Position numbers and translations under genes: made by a program. A stretch of 64,000 nucleotides of DNA, taken from Amoebidium appalachense (Eukaryota; Protista; Ichthyosporea). The notes beneath the pieces were generated by a model that made no database searches, was not told the origin of the DNA, and worked only from the letters and a program-made list of their open reading frames with translations. The stretch covers positions 2,631,957-2,695,956 of the forward strand of contig CAVNZM010000016.1 of the NCBI GenBank assembly GCA_963693365.1, in the 5' to 3' direction. Position 1 is the stretch's first letter. Every line of letters starts with the position of its first letter. Below, in pieces: positions 10,090 to 44,439 of this stretch.

Positions 10090-11325
10090 TACTGAAAATT
10101 GGGATAGATAAATGCGGCACCTTTTCTTCCAATGCACAGTACACTCTGAACAATCAACCTATCCCAATCGTGTCCTCCTACGACTATTTATGAATTCCTT
10201 TCACCTCTAAGGGTATCTGGTTTGAGCGCCTTTTGACTTCGCGCATTTCTTGTGCGCGTGGTCGCTTACATATCTATCAAGGAATATTCGCAAATATCTC
10301 AAATATTCATCCTGCCAATTTGCTCACTCTTTATAAAGTTTTTCTTCGATCTTCGAATTCGTCCATGTTTCGAATATGGCCTCCCGTTACTCTTGTGTGC
10401 CCCTCCACGGCAACAGCGCGCGGCTCTTCGGGAATTCGATTCCTTTCAGCGTGAATTTATCCAGTTTATTTCTCGAACCTCGCGTAGGCATCCTTTGGCG
10501 GCTCCCTTGCTGAGTGTTTTTGGTCTCCCTCCGGCGCGCCAGCGTATGAATGAATTAGGACTTCGCTTTTGTTTTCATTTGGTTAGGCTTCCTTTTTATC
10601 ATCCTTTGTTGCAATTCTTTCCTTCTTTAGCACCTGTTCCCGGCATTTCTAATGTTCGTGCGAAATGTCCTATCCCCAGTCTCTCTCCCATTCCGAGATA
10701 TCCTTTTAAATACTTATCTCCTTTATTTTTCTCTTCTACGTATACTAGTTATCAGCAGTATGTTACTTGGTTTCATACTCAATATCCTTTGCTTCATCGT
10801 TGTGATAATGAGTATCATGGTAGGGCTCTTGAGCCTGTGCTTCTTTTTATATTAGAGACTCGTCCGACTTTCTTTACAATCATTGTGTAAATTAGCCACT
10901 TTTATTTATCCTTCCTCTCGTAAGCCTACCACACTTACCGATTTTGGAATTCTAACCCCTCCTTGTGACATAGCTTGGAAATGTTTATTTTGGCGCTGTA
11001 ACCTTTGTTTCCATAAATGTTTGTGCCACTTTTGTGCAGAACCTTTTCTCGTAAACACTTAGATAGATGTATTTATTTATCTCAGATTATTCCGTTAGAA
11101 ATTAGAAGACTGGCTTATTTAGATAATTCTGCTATTACGTCTATTGACTATCTGTTGAACCACGGTATGTTTAATGAGTTTTTTAGGGTGTATGATTATT
11201 CAAGTCGTTATCTCCTCCGTATCCGAGAGTGAGGGCTTTTGTATTTCCTTCTCCGAGATATCGGTGATATCTCGATGGCTTCTATTTTGCTATGATATCA
11301 ATAAAGTTATTATATAAAAAAAAAG
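10090..11325 (+). mobile_element. Second decayed, 5'-truncated LINE of a related family (thumb and C-terminal region plus 3' UTR)
   Basis: GIDKCG, PIPIVSSYDYL*IPF, RPCFEYGLPLL, FWRCN..C..FSRKHLDRC..IDYLLN are collinear with the first LINE. It has several frameshifts, a stop at 11232, a 3' hairpin at 11254-11274 and an A-run near 11315-11325. Confidence 0.85.
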
Positions 11326-11636
11326 AATTTACTAATTGAGAATCGCAATGTGTTTGCTTCGCTCTAGGGAGATCCAGCCAGCCGAGCTGGCGAAATGAAG
11401 GGCTGAGTGATCGGTGGTCATATACCAAATCCTGCTTGTAATGCTTAAAATCAATAATCTGAATAGAAAAGGGATTTTGCTCCATTAATAAATAATTTGA
11501 TAAACAAAGCGACAAGCAATTTTCGTATAAGCAACATGGGGTGTCCGGCGCCTATTTTGTAGCGAAAACAGGCAAAAAGCATGATTTCATCATAGACGAT
11601 CGATCTCTCTCTAATATCTCTATCTATATCTCTGTG

Positions 11637-13170
<1,534 letters not shown>

Positions 13171-13379
13171 TCGTTAAAACCATGCATGATGCTTATGTAT
13201 GCATGCTCATGCCACCTAAATCCCCCCCCCCCCCCCCCCCCCCCCCTCCCCCGGATCCCCCTCGTGCCCCCCGAGTTCTCCCCTTGAAATGTAGGTGGCC
13301 TCCCCCCCCCCCCCCCCCCCCCCACCCCCCACCTCCCTCCGGACCCGGTCATGATCCCGAGCTCTCCTTTCCCCCCCTT

Positions 13380-13410
<31 letters not shown>

Positions 13411-14324
13411 CCACCCTCTAGGCCTCGCTCTCCTCGACCCCCACCGGGCCCCGCCGTAGATCCCTCCTTTCCCTCCTCGGCTAGCTTATTATAAGTTAGG
13501 CTAATTAGAATTCAGGGATCCTCCCCGAGCATGCATGCGCACGGCCTGGTAACACTAATATTGTCACTACATGTGTACACATTCCTCCTGCTCACCAACC
13601 CCTCTGCCTGCAGCACGTATATACGTACGCGTGACCTTCCTAGCCAGCGGCACCCGCCGACACACACACACCGTCCCTGTTGCTACCTTGACCCCATCAC
13701 ATGGACCACCGACAGCCAAGCTTGGCCATGGACGTCGACATTCACACATGTGTACACGTACACGCTGCTCCCCTATGCACGTGGTTCAGCAGCGGTGAGT
13801 GCCGCGAATGTGACACGCGCCCCCAGACGCAAATTTGGCATTAAAAGATTTATAAGTCCCCTGCCCCAAAGTGACTACAAATTTTTACCAACGGAAGCTA
13901 AATATTAGCTCCTCCAGGTTTGATGGTGCTGCCTCTTCGAATATTCGTCTACTGCAGGCTGCTTATGTACAAGAACTCATATGGTGAAAACAAAATTATG
14001 TAGAGTAACTCCTGTTGTGTGGCGGGCATACCTTTTTTATCTAATGATTGTTGTAAACTGGCCATCGGTCACGCGCACGGGTTCCGGCCCTAGCATTATG
14101 TAGAGAGTGACCACACGTGTGCACAAGACCAACGTGGATGACATTCCAACGTGCGCCAATGAGCCTACCTGGATCGGCCCGATGATCCAATGAAAACTGC
14201 AAATATCTTTCTGTAGTGATATCTGATTTGACAAATCTATTCGCATGAGAGATCTCAGAGATCATCTATCTTTTCACCAATAGTATTAAAGTAATGTCAT
14301 GCTAACGTCATGCCGTAATTCAGT

Positions 14325-14465
14325 GATTGGTTGATCAGCCACCAATACGTCACTTGTAGATCGGCTCTTTGATTTTTTTCCGGTCACGTTTGCTACGCTG
14401 GAGCTAATGGAAGGTAGCTATAAATTCTTCAACAACTCTTAAAGTTCAGAACTAGTTTCAGTGTA
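14325..14465 (+). promoter_or_regulatory. Candidate promoter of the 14677 gene
   Basis: ATTGG and CCAAT near 14327 and 14342, TATAAAT at 14419-14425, and Inr-like TCAG about 25-35 nt downstream. Confidence 0.45.
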
Positions 14466-14676
14466 TCATCAGTTTAGAGAAATACACGCTTCGTCTTGTT
14501 TGTTGTTAGCTTCTTGGTGTCAGTCTTTTCCATTGCCTGCGGCAAAACTGTATTAGCTGTTGTGCGTCATATCGATTCCATCCTCTCGCAAAAAAAAAAA
14601 AGCAAAACAAAACTTTAAACTTTGAACTTCAAAATTGCAGCGTTTTACACGTCATTCAGCGTGGTTTCTTTGGAAA

Positions 14677-21298
<6,622 letters not shown>

Positions 21299-21523
21299 GA
21301 GCCAATGGAATTAAAAAATTAAAAGAATTTAAAAAAATAAATTGTTTGTCTTTTGTTTGAACGGTTTGAGTGGTAGGTATGCTGCTTCTACTAATCGATT
21401 TTTTTGCATCCGCTGAATTTCAGTACTGTGGATATGTTACGGACTGATTAAACTGGATACACCTGTATGTATACTACCGGCCACTCATTATTTTGATTTG
21501 GATACAGATTTGCCATCTCAGTT

Positions 21524-21742
21524 AGTAATTTTATTTTGTTTCGACTATCTATCGAATTTTAACGATTTGAATACACTGGTTTGCCAACTGGTAATTTTCA
21601 AATATCGACTATCTATCAAATTTTACACCAATCAGTAATTTTATTTTGTTTCGACTATCTATCGAATTTTAACGATTTGGATACACTGGTTTGCCAACTG
21701 GTAATTTTCAAATATCGACTATACTATCAAATTTTACACCAA
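21524..21742. repeat. Tandem duplication of about 110 bp
   Basis: agtaattttattttgtttcgactatctatcgaattttaacgatttg... at 21524 and 21634. Confidence 0.9.
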
Positions 21743-22399
21743 CTGATTCTCTTTCGACTAATACTGCAATGGCCTGGGGATACGTTGATGTTTTCTACTT
21801 GTATACAGCCGGATGACGGTGATACGGTATCATGCTTGCTCACATTTTAGCTCGGTATTGCCTAGCAGTTATCAACCTAGTATCAAGATTTCTAATTTTT
21901 TTAAACTCGATATCAACTGTTGTATATATAGTTTTACATTATTCTCACCGTATACAGATATATATTAGCAAATGAAATAGAAATCGGCAAACCTTTCGCC
22001 ACATGTCAACGGTCACTTATAGCCTATGGTTGCCGGTTTTATGCTGCAAAATCACGGTTTTACGCTGCAAAATCACGGGTTTACGTTGCAAAATCACGTG
22101 TGTTGTCACTATTTATTAATTAGTCTAGACCAGCCCGCTGCCTCCCTTCTAATCTATCATCTATTGCTACTAAGTCTCTCCAATGTGTCCCCATGGCCAG
22201 CACGGGGGCGTGGGGGGGGGGGGCGAGGGGGGTTGGGGGGTTTGGGGGGGGGGGGCGGGAGGGAGAGAAAGAGAAGTCTCGGATGGGGGGGGGGGGGGGG
22301 GGAGGGAGGGAGGGAGGGGAGAGAAAGAGAAGTCTGGGGTGGGGGGGGGGGGGAGGAGGGGAGGAGGGATGGGGGGGAGAGGGGGGGAGTAGGGAAGGT

Positions 22400-22553
22400 T
22401 TGAAGACTGATGATAGGGTGGGCCGGCAAAGGCTTTGAATCTCAGATATGCAACTGCAAGCTTTAGGATGGTGGCCGGGGAAGGGGAAGGGACCTGGGGC
22501 AGTGGGTGGATTGGGTTGGTGGTGTAGGGGGGGGGGACTGAGAGAACGACCTC

Positions 22554-22594
<41 letters not shown>

Positions 22595-22769
22595 GGGGGG
22601 GGGGGGGGGGGAGGGGGGAGGGGGGAGGGGGGGAGGGGGGAGGGGGAGGGGGGAGGGGGGAGGGGGGGAGAAGAAAGGGGAAGGGGGGAGGGGCGGCGGG
22701 GGGAGGGGAGAGGGCTGAGAGATCGACTTGTGTTTTATTTTTTTTGCTTTTTTTGTTGGGGAGAAGCCT

Positions 22770-22831
<62 letters not shown>

Positions 22832-22885
22832 AAGGATGCATATATATGGGACAAAACAAAACATCACCCCCCTCCCCCCCCCCCC

Positions 22886-22916
<31 letters not shown>

Positions 22917-23311
22917 ACAAAAATAAAATAAAAAAATACTGTCCTTGCTTGTCTTTTCCCCTAGGCTCTTAGGCTCACTTTAAAGTTTCACGTATACCTG
23001 TGCTGAGAATGTTTTAATACGGAAGTTTCACTGATTAGTTCACGTGCAAGCCGCTGTTCAGTAAATCCCCCCAGGCTGTAGGTATATTAGCTGACTTCCA
23101 CCCGGTCCCAACAAACCTGGATATACCGAGATATAACTCTCAACAGATACTTTTCCGAGATAGCATGTTGACTATGTGTGAGCCACAGATCTGGAACACC
23201 GTGCTCCGTATGTTTGCGCAACCACCTCGCCTTTGCACGTTGCCTCACTGCCCGATCCATGGCCATCAACAAAACAAAGATAGTCAGTGCAAATAGCCTA
23301 ATCACACCCAT
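22400..23311 (-). CDS. Possible small spliced gene head-to-head with MRM2
   Basis: ATG ORF 23311-23087 has a CAG|GTTTGT donor. A non-repetitive frame follows a CAG near 22493 (VPSPSPATILKLAVAYLRF). The exon chain is not resolved. Confidence 0.25.
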
Positions 23312-23703
23312 TTATTCCGTGCTTTTACACATGCCACGCGCGACACATGTCCGACCTCTTGTCCGTGGCACATACACGCAGGCGCAGGGTGATATATATG
23401 ATAACAGCACTGGCTTCATTCACACACGGCGGTGCATGTGCGTTTAACAACTTACGCATGTGCACTTAGATACACTATTTTTTGGTTTGATGTTTCCTCT
23501 GGCTGCAAGGAATACGCGAATCGTACCGGTGCTTTCTAAGCTGGGTTATTGCAGGGATTTGCGGGAGACTTCGTACTAGTCAGTCTTCCAAATGATCGTT
23601 AGATAGACTACTTCTACAGACACACACAACGCCTTTTGCTCTCTGTTTACATCCTTACTCCATTAGCACGCCAACCACATAAACATCACTTCTCTCTGCT
23701 TAT

Positions 23704-32372
<8,669 letters not shown>

Positions 32373-33530
32373 TTGGTGAGTTCAAGAGCTAACCACCCTA
32401 ACCTGAAGCTATCTGGTAACGATATAAATTTTATCTACGAGATCTGACTGGTTCATAATCTAAAGCAAAAACTCAGCAAATTCACAACTTCGGTTAAGTC
32501 ATGGGGTTACGGAAAACCAATCATAATTATTGTATTATCCTCCGGTTCGGTTTATGGTAAGCTATGGTAAAGGGGCGCGGTTAGGTTCAAGGGCTGTTCA
32601 TAGCACGAAATTTGAAAGTGGATAGCAAGAGAAGCCCAGGATATGAATCTCAACCGTTATACAGTAAGCATTCTAATAAAGTTTCAGTACAGTATACGGT
32701 AAGCAGTCTAATAAAATCTATAACTTTATTAAATTTTGAAGGTTTCTGCAATGCAATAAAGTGATCGCACTTTACATGTTCTCTGTAAGGCTCCCGAGTC
32801 CGTTTTTTTTTCTGCCTTTGGAGTTTTTCTACTGCATACTTGTATGTTTCCGTTCACATCTTCCTCAACTTTCCCTCCTTTCGTACCAAATTTCGGAAGC
32901 ACCATTGTGTCATGGTGTGCGTGCGTGCGCGCGTGCGGTGGGATATGGGGGGGGGGGGGGGGGGGGGGGGATGGGGGTTGGTGTGTATCTGTGATGCTTA
33001 TGTGCACCTTGGTGGGTGGGTGGGTGGGGGGGACAAGGGAGGTGCGGGGGGGGGGGGGGGGGGGTTTCATCCATCCTAATCAGAATATCACAGTGTATGC
33101 GACTGTACTGGAACTGAAATGAGGGCCATATATTATTTACGAAATGTCATTCAACAAGAACAGGCATCACATCACAACGAGAAGAAATCAATAAGAATGT
33201 GCCATCAAAACCTTACTAACTTGAACGGGACCACGGTCTCCGCATCTCTGCTACACCATATGTATAGCATGCAAGTCCCCACCGTCTCAACTTATGAATA
33301 ATGATGAATGATTATCATCTTTTGCAAATTTCAGGTGCTGAAGGGGGGATCCATTCAATTGGCAGGAAAAATTCCAAGGCGCTATATAATGACGTGCAGC
33401 CTTTTCTGGAATCTTTTACCCCCTTTTACCTCGAGAATTTTCTTCTTAAACCCCTGCTACTTCAAGTTGACCAGCTTATGCGACTCTTTCTACGCGTCTG
33501 TCCGATTGGAGGGTCTTTCTTTATAATCTT

Positions 33531-33574
<44 letters not shown>

Positions 33575-33936
33575 AATAAAATAAATAAAAAAAAATAAAA
33601 AATAAAAAATAAAAAATAAAAAAATAAAAAGGTTTCTCCCTTCTCTCTTCCCCGGCACCCCTGCCAATCCCTCCCTCGAGGCTCCTGCTCTGAGTTCATT
33701 GAGATTTATCTGAAACCCCCCCCCCCCCCCCCCCCCCTCCCTCCCCCTCCCTCTCCCCCCCCCTCCCCCTCCCTCCCCCCCAACAGGCTGTGACACAGAC
33801 ACACACAGGGACGAGTACCTTCCTCCATCCCCTTCCCCCCTCAAAAGACACCGTTCCCCAGCCACACTGTCTCTCCCAGACTGTCGCTCTCTCTCGCTCA
33901 CTCACTCACATAATCACACACACACACACACACACA

Positions 33937-33993
<57 letters not shown>

Positions 33994-34327
33994 CTCCCTC
34001 TCTCTCTCTACCTCCCTCCCTCTTGATAAGCCGCCGGCAAGATCGAGCCACTGTGGCTCGTTCGACAAGTTGTGCGCGATCCTTATACAATTAGTGTAAA
34101 AACACGAAACCCAGGAAAAAAAACTGCACACCAACGTTCTTGACAACCTAACGGTCACGTGGACACCAAGAACACGTAAGTTTGTTTCTGATAACTGCTG
34201 CATACTGCGCTGCGAACTTGGCGCTGCCAGCGACAAACTGGATTTTCTGGACGAATTTTGGCTACGTGCCAAATATCGTCTCCCCACGGTGTGCTACACC
34301 ATATAGTAATTAATAGCAAATAAAGAA

Positions 34328-34640
34328 AATAGTGTGGGCATGGCAGTCACAAAATTTCAAGACTTTTTGTTGTGTTTTCATCGAGTTCAATATGTAGCGT
34401 TCTGTAGAGGGTCGTCTACTTCTGCCCAAATTAAGGGTCCGCATTCGGGCGGGATCGAGCCTGACTGGGCTTTCCGGACAAATTCTGGGTTTTGTCAAAA
34501 TATGGTCGCCCAAAGGAGCGCGGGCCCTTCAAGAAGTAATGGAAAGCAAAAAGCAGTGTGGTAGTATGCCCGGGGCAAAGTTTGAAGGCTTTATGTTGTC
34601 TTTTCATCGAGTTCACTATGTAGCGTTTTCCAGGGGTTCG
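34328..34640. repeat. Diverged direct repeat with about 228-bp spacing
   Basis: tgttgt.ttttcatcgagttca.tatgtagcgtt near 34367 and 34594. Confidence 0.7.
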
Positions 34641-34944
34641 CCCGCTCCCGAGGGATCCTATGCAGGCCAATTTTGCTCTGGAGACAGACGAGGAATGCGG
34701 AAAAAACACGATACCCCTTGTTGGTTGGCAAGCGCTGGCGCGCTCTTTTATTACACCAATCACCTTGGTCCAAAGACAAAAAAGGCAGGAAACTTCAGCA
34801 GCTAACTGGGCATACCAAGAAAGCGCGCACGACTCTCGACCACTAAGCTGTAGGGGGGGTCGCCTGAAACGGGCCACTCTGGTGGCTCGTTCGGCTTGAA
34901 TGAGCCACATATGTGGCTCATAGGCGACTTATCACTCTCTATCA

Positions 34945-35400
<456 letters not shown>

Positions 35401-35634
35401 CTTCCCCCGGGGAACCCCCGGGGTCCCTTCTCTCTTTCTCTCCGATACTTACTCTTTCACCGTTCTCCCTCAGTGACTACGAGTCGTGTCTGGTGGCCAC
35501 TGGCATCCCGGGCTGCTCCCGGGGTGAGGCGCAGACAGAAAAATATTGGAAGTGGTGGTGGTGGTACTGGTGGTGGGTGGGTGGGTGAGGGGTGGAGGGG
35601 GGAGGGGGGAGGGGGTTTGGTGTTTTTTTTTTTT

Positions 35635-35677
<43 letters not shown>

Positions 35678-38600
35678 GGAAGAGGGGGGGGGGGGGGGGG
35701 GGGGGCTTTAATATAATTATAATAAGCACCCCGTCGGGAGTGTAAGGATGGTTACGTGACCGTGGCTCATGAGTGAGTCAGATCATCAGGAAAGAGAACT
35801 TTCAAATAATTTATTGAAGACTTGTAATTCCCTGACACCATCCTGAACTGTGCACAGCTAATTATGAGCGGGGTTAAATAGTACTGCCTGATTGTGCATG
35901 CATGCAATACGTATATACATGATAGCCATATGATCAATTAATAATATATTAGCATATGCATGTTTTATGCATTCAATTCCGGGACTGGCAAATGATATGA
36001 TATTGTTTGTGTACAATGTGTAGCAAGTATACCAAGTTGATAGGCCGATATCATTAGAAGGCTGGCCGCGTGTCACATTGGTGGTGCCGCGTGCACCAGT
36101 GAGCCAGCCCACTCCGAGCCGCTCACTCACCTTTCAACTTGTCATGCGTGAGCACGACACCAACACCCCCAGCAGCCGCGGTCCGTACGCGTCGGGCTGT
36201 TGCTCAGAATCTGTTGGGGTCGTCGGAAGGCTGTCGCGCCATAATTATAAGTGTTTTATGTGTATCATAGAGACTAGGGGGCGTGGTTCAGACGGTGTGG
36301 ACGTGTAACGTAAAGTTGTGAAGCTGGCTGGCTTTGGCATCCCATAGTTCTACAAAAAGCAGAATAATAGTATCAGAAAGCTACGACATGATGGCGGTAT
36401 CATCCGTTTGTTGACTCAGAGTCGAAACTTTTGCAATAAATGATTGTCAGGGCCCTTCTTCCTTTAAATTTGTGTAAGGGCTGGTGTAAGGGCCCGTAAC
36501 TTCATGAGTTAACTTACCGTAGGCTGTTACCGTGGACCCACAACCCTCAAACTGTTCAATTGATCAACTCGCCGTCGTATAATGCCAACGCTCTCAGTTT
36601 CAGTATGTTTGGAAAGTGGATCAGGGATGTCCCATACCAACTTTAGGGTACGAGTACCGGGGCGAGCCCGAGGCTCAGCCGACGGAAGTTTGCGCAAGCC
36701 CTGGGAGCCTCAGTAAGCCAGATCTTCATCGATCCGTTTCGGAGGGCAGGAGGGCGGTGACGTACGTGGTCGACTAAAGATCAAACTTAGTCAGAAAATA
36801 ACGGATGGCTAAGTTGTAAGTTGTATGTGAACAACTATTTTTTTTATAATAACTGTTCACATGCTTAGTATTATTATCCGTCATCATTTTTATACCTATC
36901 GGCCAATAATAACATTGCCCACGAGCCGCGGCCTTCTCGCCAACGAAGAGCCTTTTCAACTTTGACGGGGGTGCACGGACCTTAGGGTGCACCCTGGGGG
37001 CGTGTACGTGCATTCTTTCACACGCACTCGTCAAATGTCAAGATGTGAAGGTCAAGCAAAGACTGCTGCTGGTATATATTAACTTGGGCGGGGGGCCCCA
37101 GTTATATTTAATCATCATTTAACATTCTATATAATTTTGTTTTTTATAGGATTAATGGTTTTTCACTGAGTAGATAGCCGGGGCCACCGTGTTTTGTGAA
37201 AAGTTGTCCCACTCACATGCCCGGAATAAACGCTGATTGGGCGCCAGGTTTGCATGCAGATACTAACGCATTTGATTGGCTCAATAAGTTATCCTGCTTC
37301 CCACGCAATCCGTGCATGGTTGATTCACTTTTGTGTTTTGATGATGTCGAATATTGTTACTGTATTTTCTTTTGTGTTTATTTCTATAATAATGATTTTT
37401 TCTTATCTTTCTTGAGTTTTTAAAGCTTAATTATGTAGGACACGTGCGGGGAGTGACCAAAAAATCTTTGGATATCGGGGCGTGTGTTTACAGTCAGTAA
37501 TACTATTGGCCGCCGCCGGCTGGGGGGTTTAAAAAGAATGCCTATGGAATGCAGTTAGGAGAAGTATGCATGGCCGTGAACGAGTACTTAATTCAATACT
37601 ACGACCAACCGAGAATCTTAAATAGTGTTTTTACATAGATAAGAAAAATAGCGCGATTTTTGAAATTAATACTATTATTGCCTTCATAACCTCTCGTCTT
37701 TTGGAACTGCGGCAGTGTCGATATCAGTTTAAAGATATTGATGGTGTGATTTCTATAAAAGGATATCTCCGATATGCCGTTTTTGTTCCAAAATGAATGT
37801 GATTGGCTGCTCCCGTCAATACGTGCTTACAAGCAATCTTGGAATGCATCCCGAACAAGTACCAGCAGCAAGCAGGGAAATACACATTTCGGGTATGTTC
37901 TATTTGTAAAGTACTGTACACGCTTAGATGTAAGATTTTTTTTATGAATCTATAATAATAAAATATTTTCCAACAAATTATTCTCGGTATTAGTTTCGTG
38001 CGACGCATGAGACGGGGTGTGGTTGGTGGTTAAATTTTTGCATGATCCGGAATTGACCAATAGGATGGCGTACGCTTGCATTCCTATAATCTTATTTGAC
38101 CAATCGTATCCAACAAGCTTTTTTTGCGCTATTCTGGCTGCGAAGAACACATAACAAAGAAAAAATGAACCTAGAAACCGAATAAATACTTGATAGAGCA
38201 TGATATTCATTTAGAGTTTTATGAAGATAGCTACCCGAGAAATACTTAGTTTTTCTGAAGCTGCAAAAGCTAGGGCACCGTCGGCAGTGTGCGCAGGGCT
38301 TCCCTGATTGGTCAACATGGCTGTAATTTGCCTAACATTCCTCGGTGCCTTTGTTTTTTTTCTTGGCCCATCGGCCACATCGCAGCCGGTAGGTACAGCT
38401 CTATTCATCCCCGGCAGTTTTGAACAACACACACGCCTACCACCACCTTCATTCCTCCAGCGCTTTTCTTCCACATGTAACGTTTTTTGTAGGTGTCTGA
38501 AGGGATAAAGGTTCACTTTTTACCTCAAGATAAAGTTAATGTGTGGCACTAGTACCCCTTTTTAAACCACCCCGTTGGGGCTTATTAGCATCACCAGTCA

Positions 38601-39557
38601 GCCAGTTTCTCCACGGGAACGACAGGTGAAGAGTTTTCGTTTTTCCCTAGTACGCGGCTCAATTCGCAATAATCGAAGGAGCATAACGGATTGGTCAAGT
38701 TAACAACTGCTTTTGCGTCTGCGAACTGTAAGAGAGCTCAGGTGCGGCAAAGGTCGTGCATGAATTCCTTGACTCGCCCGTAGCGACGTTTTTTTGTGGT
38801 GAGTACACCACTAAACTATCATATCAGCAGCACGGGTCTGTGGATATAATTATTGAGGGTTGTGTGGTGTGTGTGTATACGGTTTTTTTTTTTGGTTATC
38901 CTTACGGTATTGCATGTGTTCTGGTTACAGAGCACCCTTCCCGCCGTGAATGGCAGTGTATTCCCAGGGGCTCATTTGCTGCATGCTTGGAACTTTCGCT
39001 TGGTGCAATTGTCATATACTACTGATGATGTTGAGAGACCAAGACTTAGTGCACGATGCCACATGCCGGTGTTTTTCAGTTTTGTTTGCCTGGCAATTTG
39101 CGTGAGGCTTAGATTCAGGGGGGGGCCTTCGCAGAATCATTACCACGCGTACCGTACGGCAGATTTGTGCTGACACTGAGTGTTGCTGTTGCTGTTTTTG
39201 TGACACATACCCTGGCACTGTGACTTGAACGCGAGAAACGTTCATTCATAATCAATACATCGGCCACTCAATGAGGTAGTGCACAATGTGCGCAATGAAT
39301 TAATTAAGAAAGTAATCAGCGTTGAATAAGCTCTAAAGTGATAAAGAATTGATAAACTGAACGTCCTTTCTTTTCCTCCCCTTGCCTGCAGTTGTGAATT
39401 GCTGGGAGCTCAGTGACTCGTCCGACGACACTTTGGCCGTTTGGCTGTGTTGTCACCGGCGGTGCCGCCGTGCGGAGTTTTCGCTGCACACTCGGGCCCG
39501 CCATCAATCACCACATACACACCGCAGTTACTGGCATTTTCTTTCAACACACAACAA

Positions 39558-42016
<2,459 letters not shown>

Positions 42017-43506
42017 TTTTTTTTTCCGATCATGGTCTTAACCAGCCTGCACCAGACAGTCACGTCACCGGTTGGTTCATTTTTTTTTTTTTTTTTTTTT
42101 TTTTTGCTTGTTTATTTCCCACACCATCATTGCAATACTATCATCCAATGTTTATTCTTTTGGCTGCAAGAAATTACGAAGAAAATCGACTACAAAACGA
42201 CGGCCCAAATTTGCGGTTGAAGCAGACGGACGGCTTGGTCCAATCACCGGGGGTGATGCAAGGTATAGGCCGGGTGTTGATTGGTTTCTGCGACATTCCA
42301 AGGCAAAACGTGGGATGGGGACGGGGTACTATGCTTTTAGAGGTTTTTTCCTCGCTATTTCCGGAAATACTGATTCCTTTTCCGAACCCTGTTAATAATT
42401 GATGATAGATCTAGAGAGCAGTGTCCAGTGTGATGTCTTTGCTCCGGTGTGAGCTTCTCACTGCCCAATTTGTTTTTTTAAGATTCCGAAGTGTGAAAAA
42501 CAGGGGCATACGAACCCCTGATATGGATTTGAACATTTTTTGCCGCTCTATTTTTTTCCCCTCTTTTTCTCTCCGGCTCATTCTAAAGCACGAGTCTGCA
42601 GCCACCGTGCATAAAGTAGCCTAATTCAGTGCACGCCTGTTGTGTGCTTTTTTTTTTTTTTTTTTTTTTTCTCCCACATCAGGGGGAGGGGGGGGGGGGG
42701 GGGGGGGGGGGGGGAGGGGGGGGGATGGGGGGAGGGGGGGAGGGAGGGAGACACTACTACTAGTAGGTAGGGTGACGCGTGTCCCAAAGACTATTAGTAG
42801 CGCGGCATCGGGTGACTCGGAGGTTGTGTGTAAGCCTTCCTTGTGGTAGCCTTGTGAACAGCTACTGTAGACTGTTAGTGAGCAGTGCGCAGGCATAGTC
42901 AGGAGATTAGTAGCACATGATACGGTATATTACGCCATAGTGGCTTGGAAAGCCTTTACTCAGACTTAGTATTTGCCGTAAAAAATAGATGTTCAACGGT
43001 CACACGGTATTACACAGTGATGCGGTGCTCACAGACGCAAGGAGTTCTCGAATCATTGAATGCCTGTCTGTTAGTGACAGTATGCATTTTTTTTAAAGTT
43101 AAAGACCAGAAAGTTTGTTGTAAAACAATATACTGTCGGAAAGGCTGCTGTATACGTGACTTCTTCTTAGAATTACTCTTTGCCAGCAGATAAATATATA
43201 GGCTGTCTTTCTGTCCGAGGTCGGTTCAACGGTCTTGCATCACCTAAGTGGAGACAGATTTTGAGCCCACTCTGTCAGGAGTGAGTATAACGGTTTGTAG
43301 TATGAGATTGTAAACTAACGTGAGGTGTAAAGAACTTGAAGAATGACGAGTGCGAGAGACTCTGAATTTTCACCACAATGACTGCGGCAGTGGTGGTTTT
43401 TTTAAAATCACTGGCACGTGCCTTGCAAATTTTTGACTCGGAAGTTGCTTTTGTTTCCCAAATCACTAAGTGAGCGGCAAGCCTTTCGATTCCTACCGGC
43501 GTGCTC

Positions 43507-43544
<38 letters not shown>

Positions 43545-44013
43545 ACCTCCTCCCGTATGCGTACGAGTCCCCCTTGCCGGCTGCACTCCCGCTTCTGACG
43601 ATTGTCACCTTCCGAGGGGGCCACCTAAGGCCGGCTACCCCACCTAGATTGATTGTCCACCTATATTCCTACACCTTATTTAAATTATATTTATTTTTTA
43701 ATTTTTGCGCTAAACTTTTTCCGCCCAAATTTCTACAATGGCTAATCAGTGCGATCGCGTGTGCCGCGATTATTGGTCTTTGTATGTGCGCATTTTTTAT
43801 TATTATGATTCGATCATCCTAGTTCAAAGTTTTAAAATTTATAAAAACATGTGTATAAGTGAACCTATAGGAACCTTTGGCAGACATGTGAGTCGCGCTG
43901 TATCTGTAGCTCTGGAGTGGTAGAACCGAGGTGCAATGCCATCATTATATTGCATCATCCGTGACACTACATATCGCACACAAATCTCGCAACTTACCCC
44001 CTCCCCCCTCCCC

Positions 44014-44055
<42 letters not shown>

Positions 44056-44225
44056 AGCCTGTATCAATGTGCGAGGGGTTAAAAAAAACTAAAAAATTAA
44101 AAATTAAAAATAAGAAACAAAAAAGCTTCGAAATAAAAAAATAAAAAAGGAAAAAGCTTCGAAGAGAAAAAACAAAACAAAAGGCTTCCTTAAAGAACAT
44201 CATGAATTCAAAAAAGAAAGAAGGG

Positions 44226-44258
<33 letters not shown>

Positions 44259-44396
44259 GGTGTGTGCGTGTGTCACGTGTTGTGTGTGTGTGTGTGTGTG
44301 AGTGTATGTCGATGTGCGTGCGGCACAGTGTGTGTGTGTATGTGTGTGTGTGTGTGCGCGCGCGTGCGCGCGTGTGTGTTGTTGTTCTTGTTGTTG

Positions 44397-44439
<43 letters not shown>

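Noticed and set aside
6647-11325. Alternative nuclear genetic code (TAR = Gln) in the host
   Set aside because: STX5, MRM2, N6AMT1 and the C2H2 factor end at TAA or TAG at the expected positions. The second LINE also has a TGA nonsense codon.
22430-23180. bHLH or cyclin identity for the possible minus-strand gene
   Set aside because: ATILKLAVAYLR resembles bHLH helix 2, but I could not build a phase-consistent basic region and helix 1.
32700-33530. Coding gene downstream of MRM2
   Set aside because: The short ORFs have no recognisable motif or consistent exon chain.
36630-36780. Structured RNA gene (SRP or RNase P-like)
   Set aside because: Only a short inverted pair (GAGGCTC/GAGCCTC) is present, with no convincing conserved motifs.
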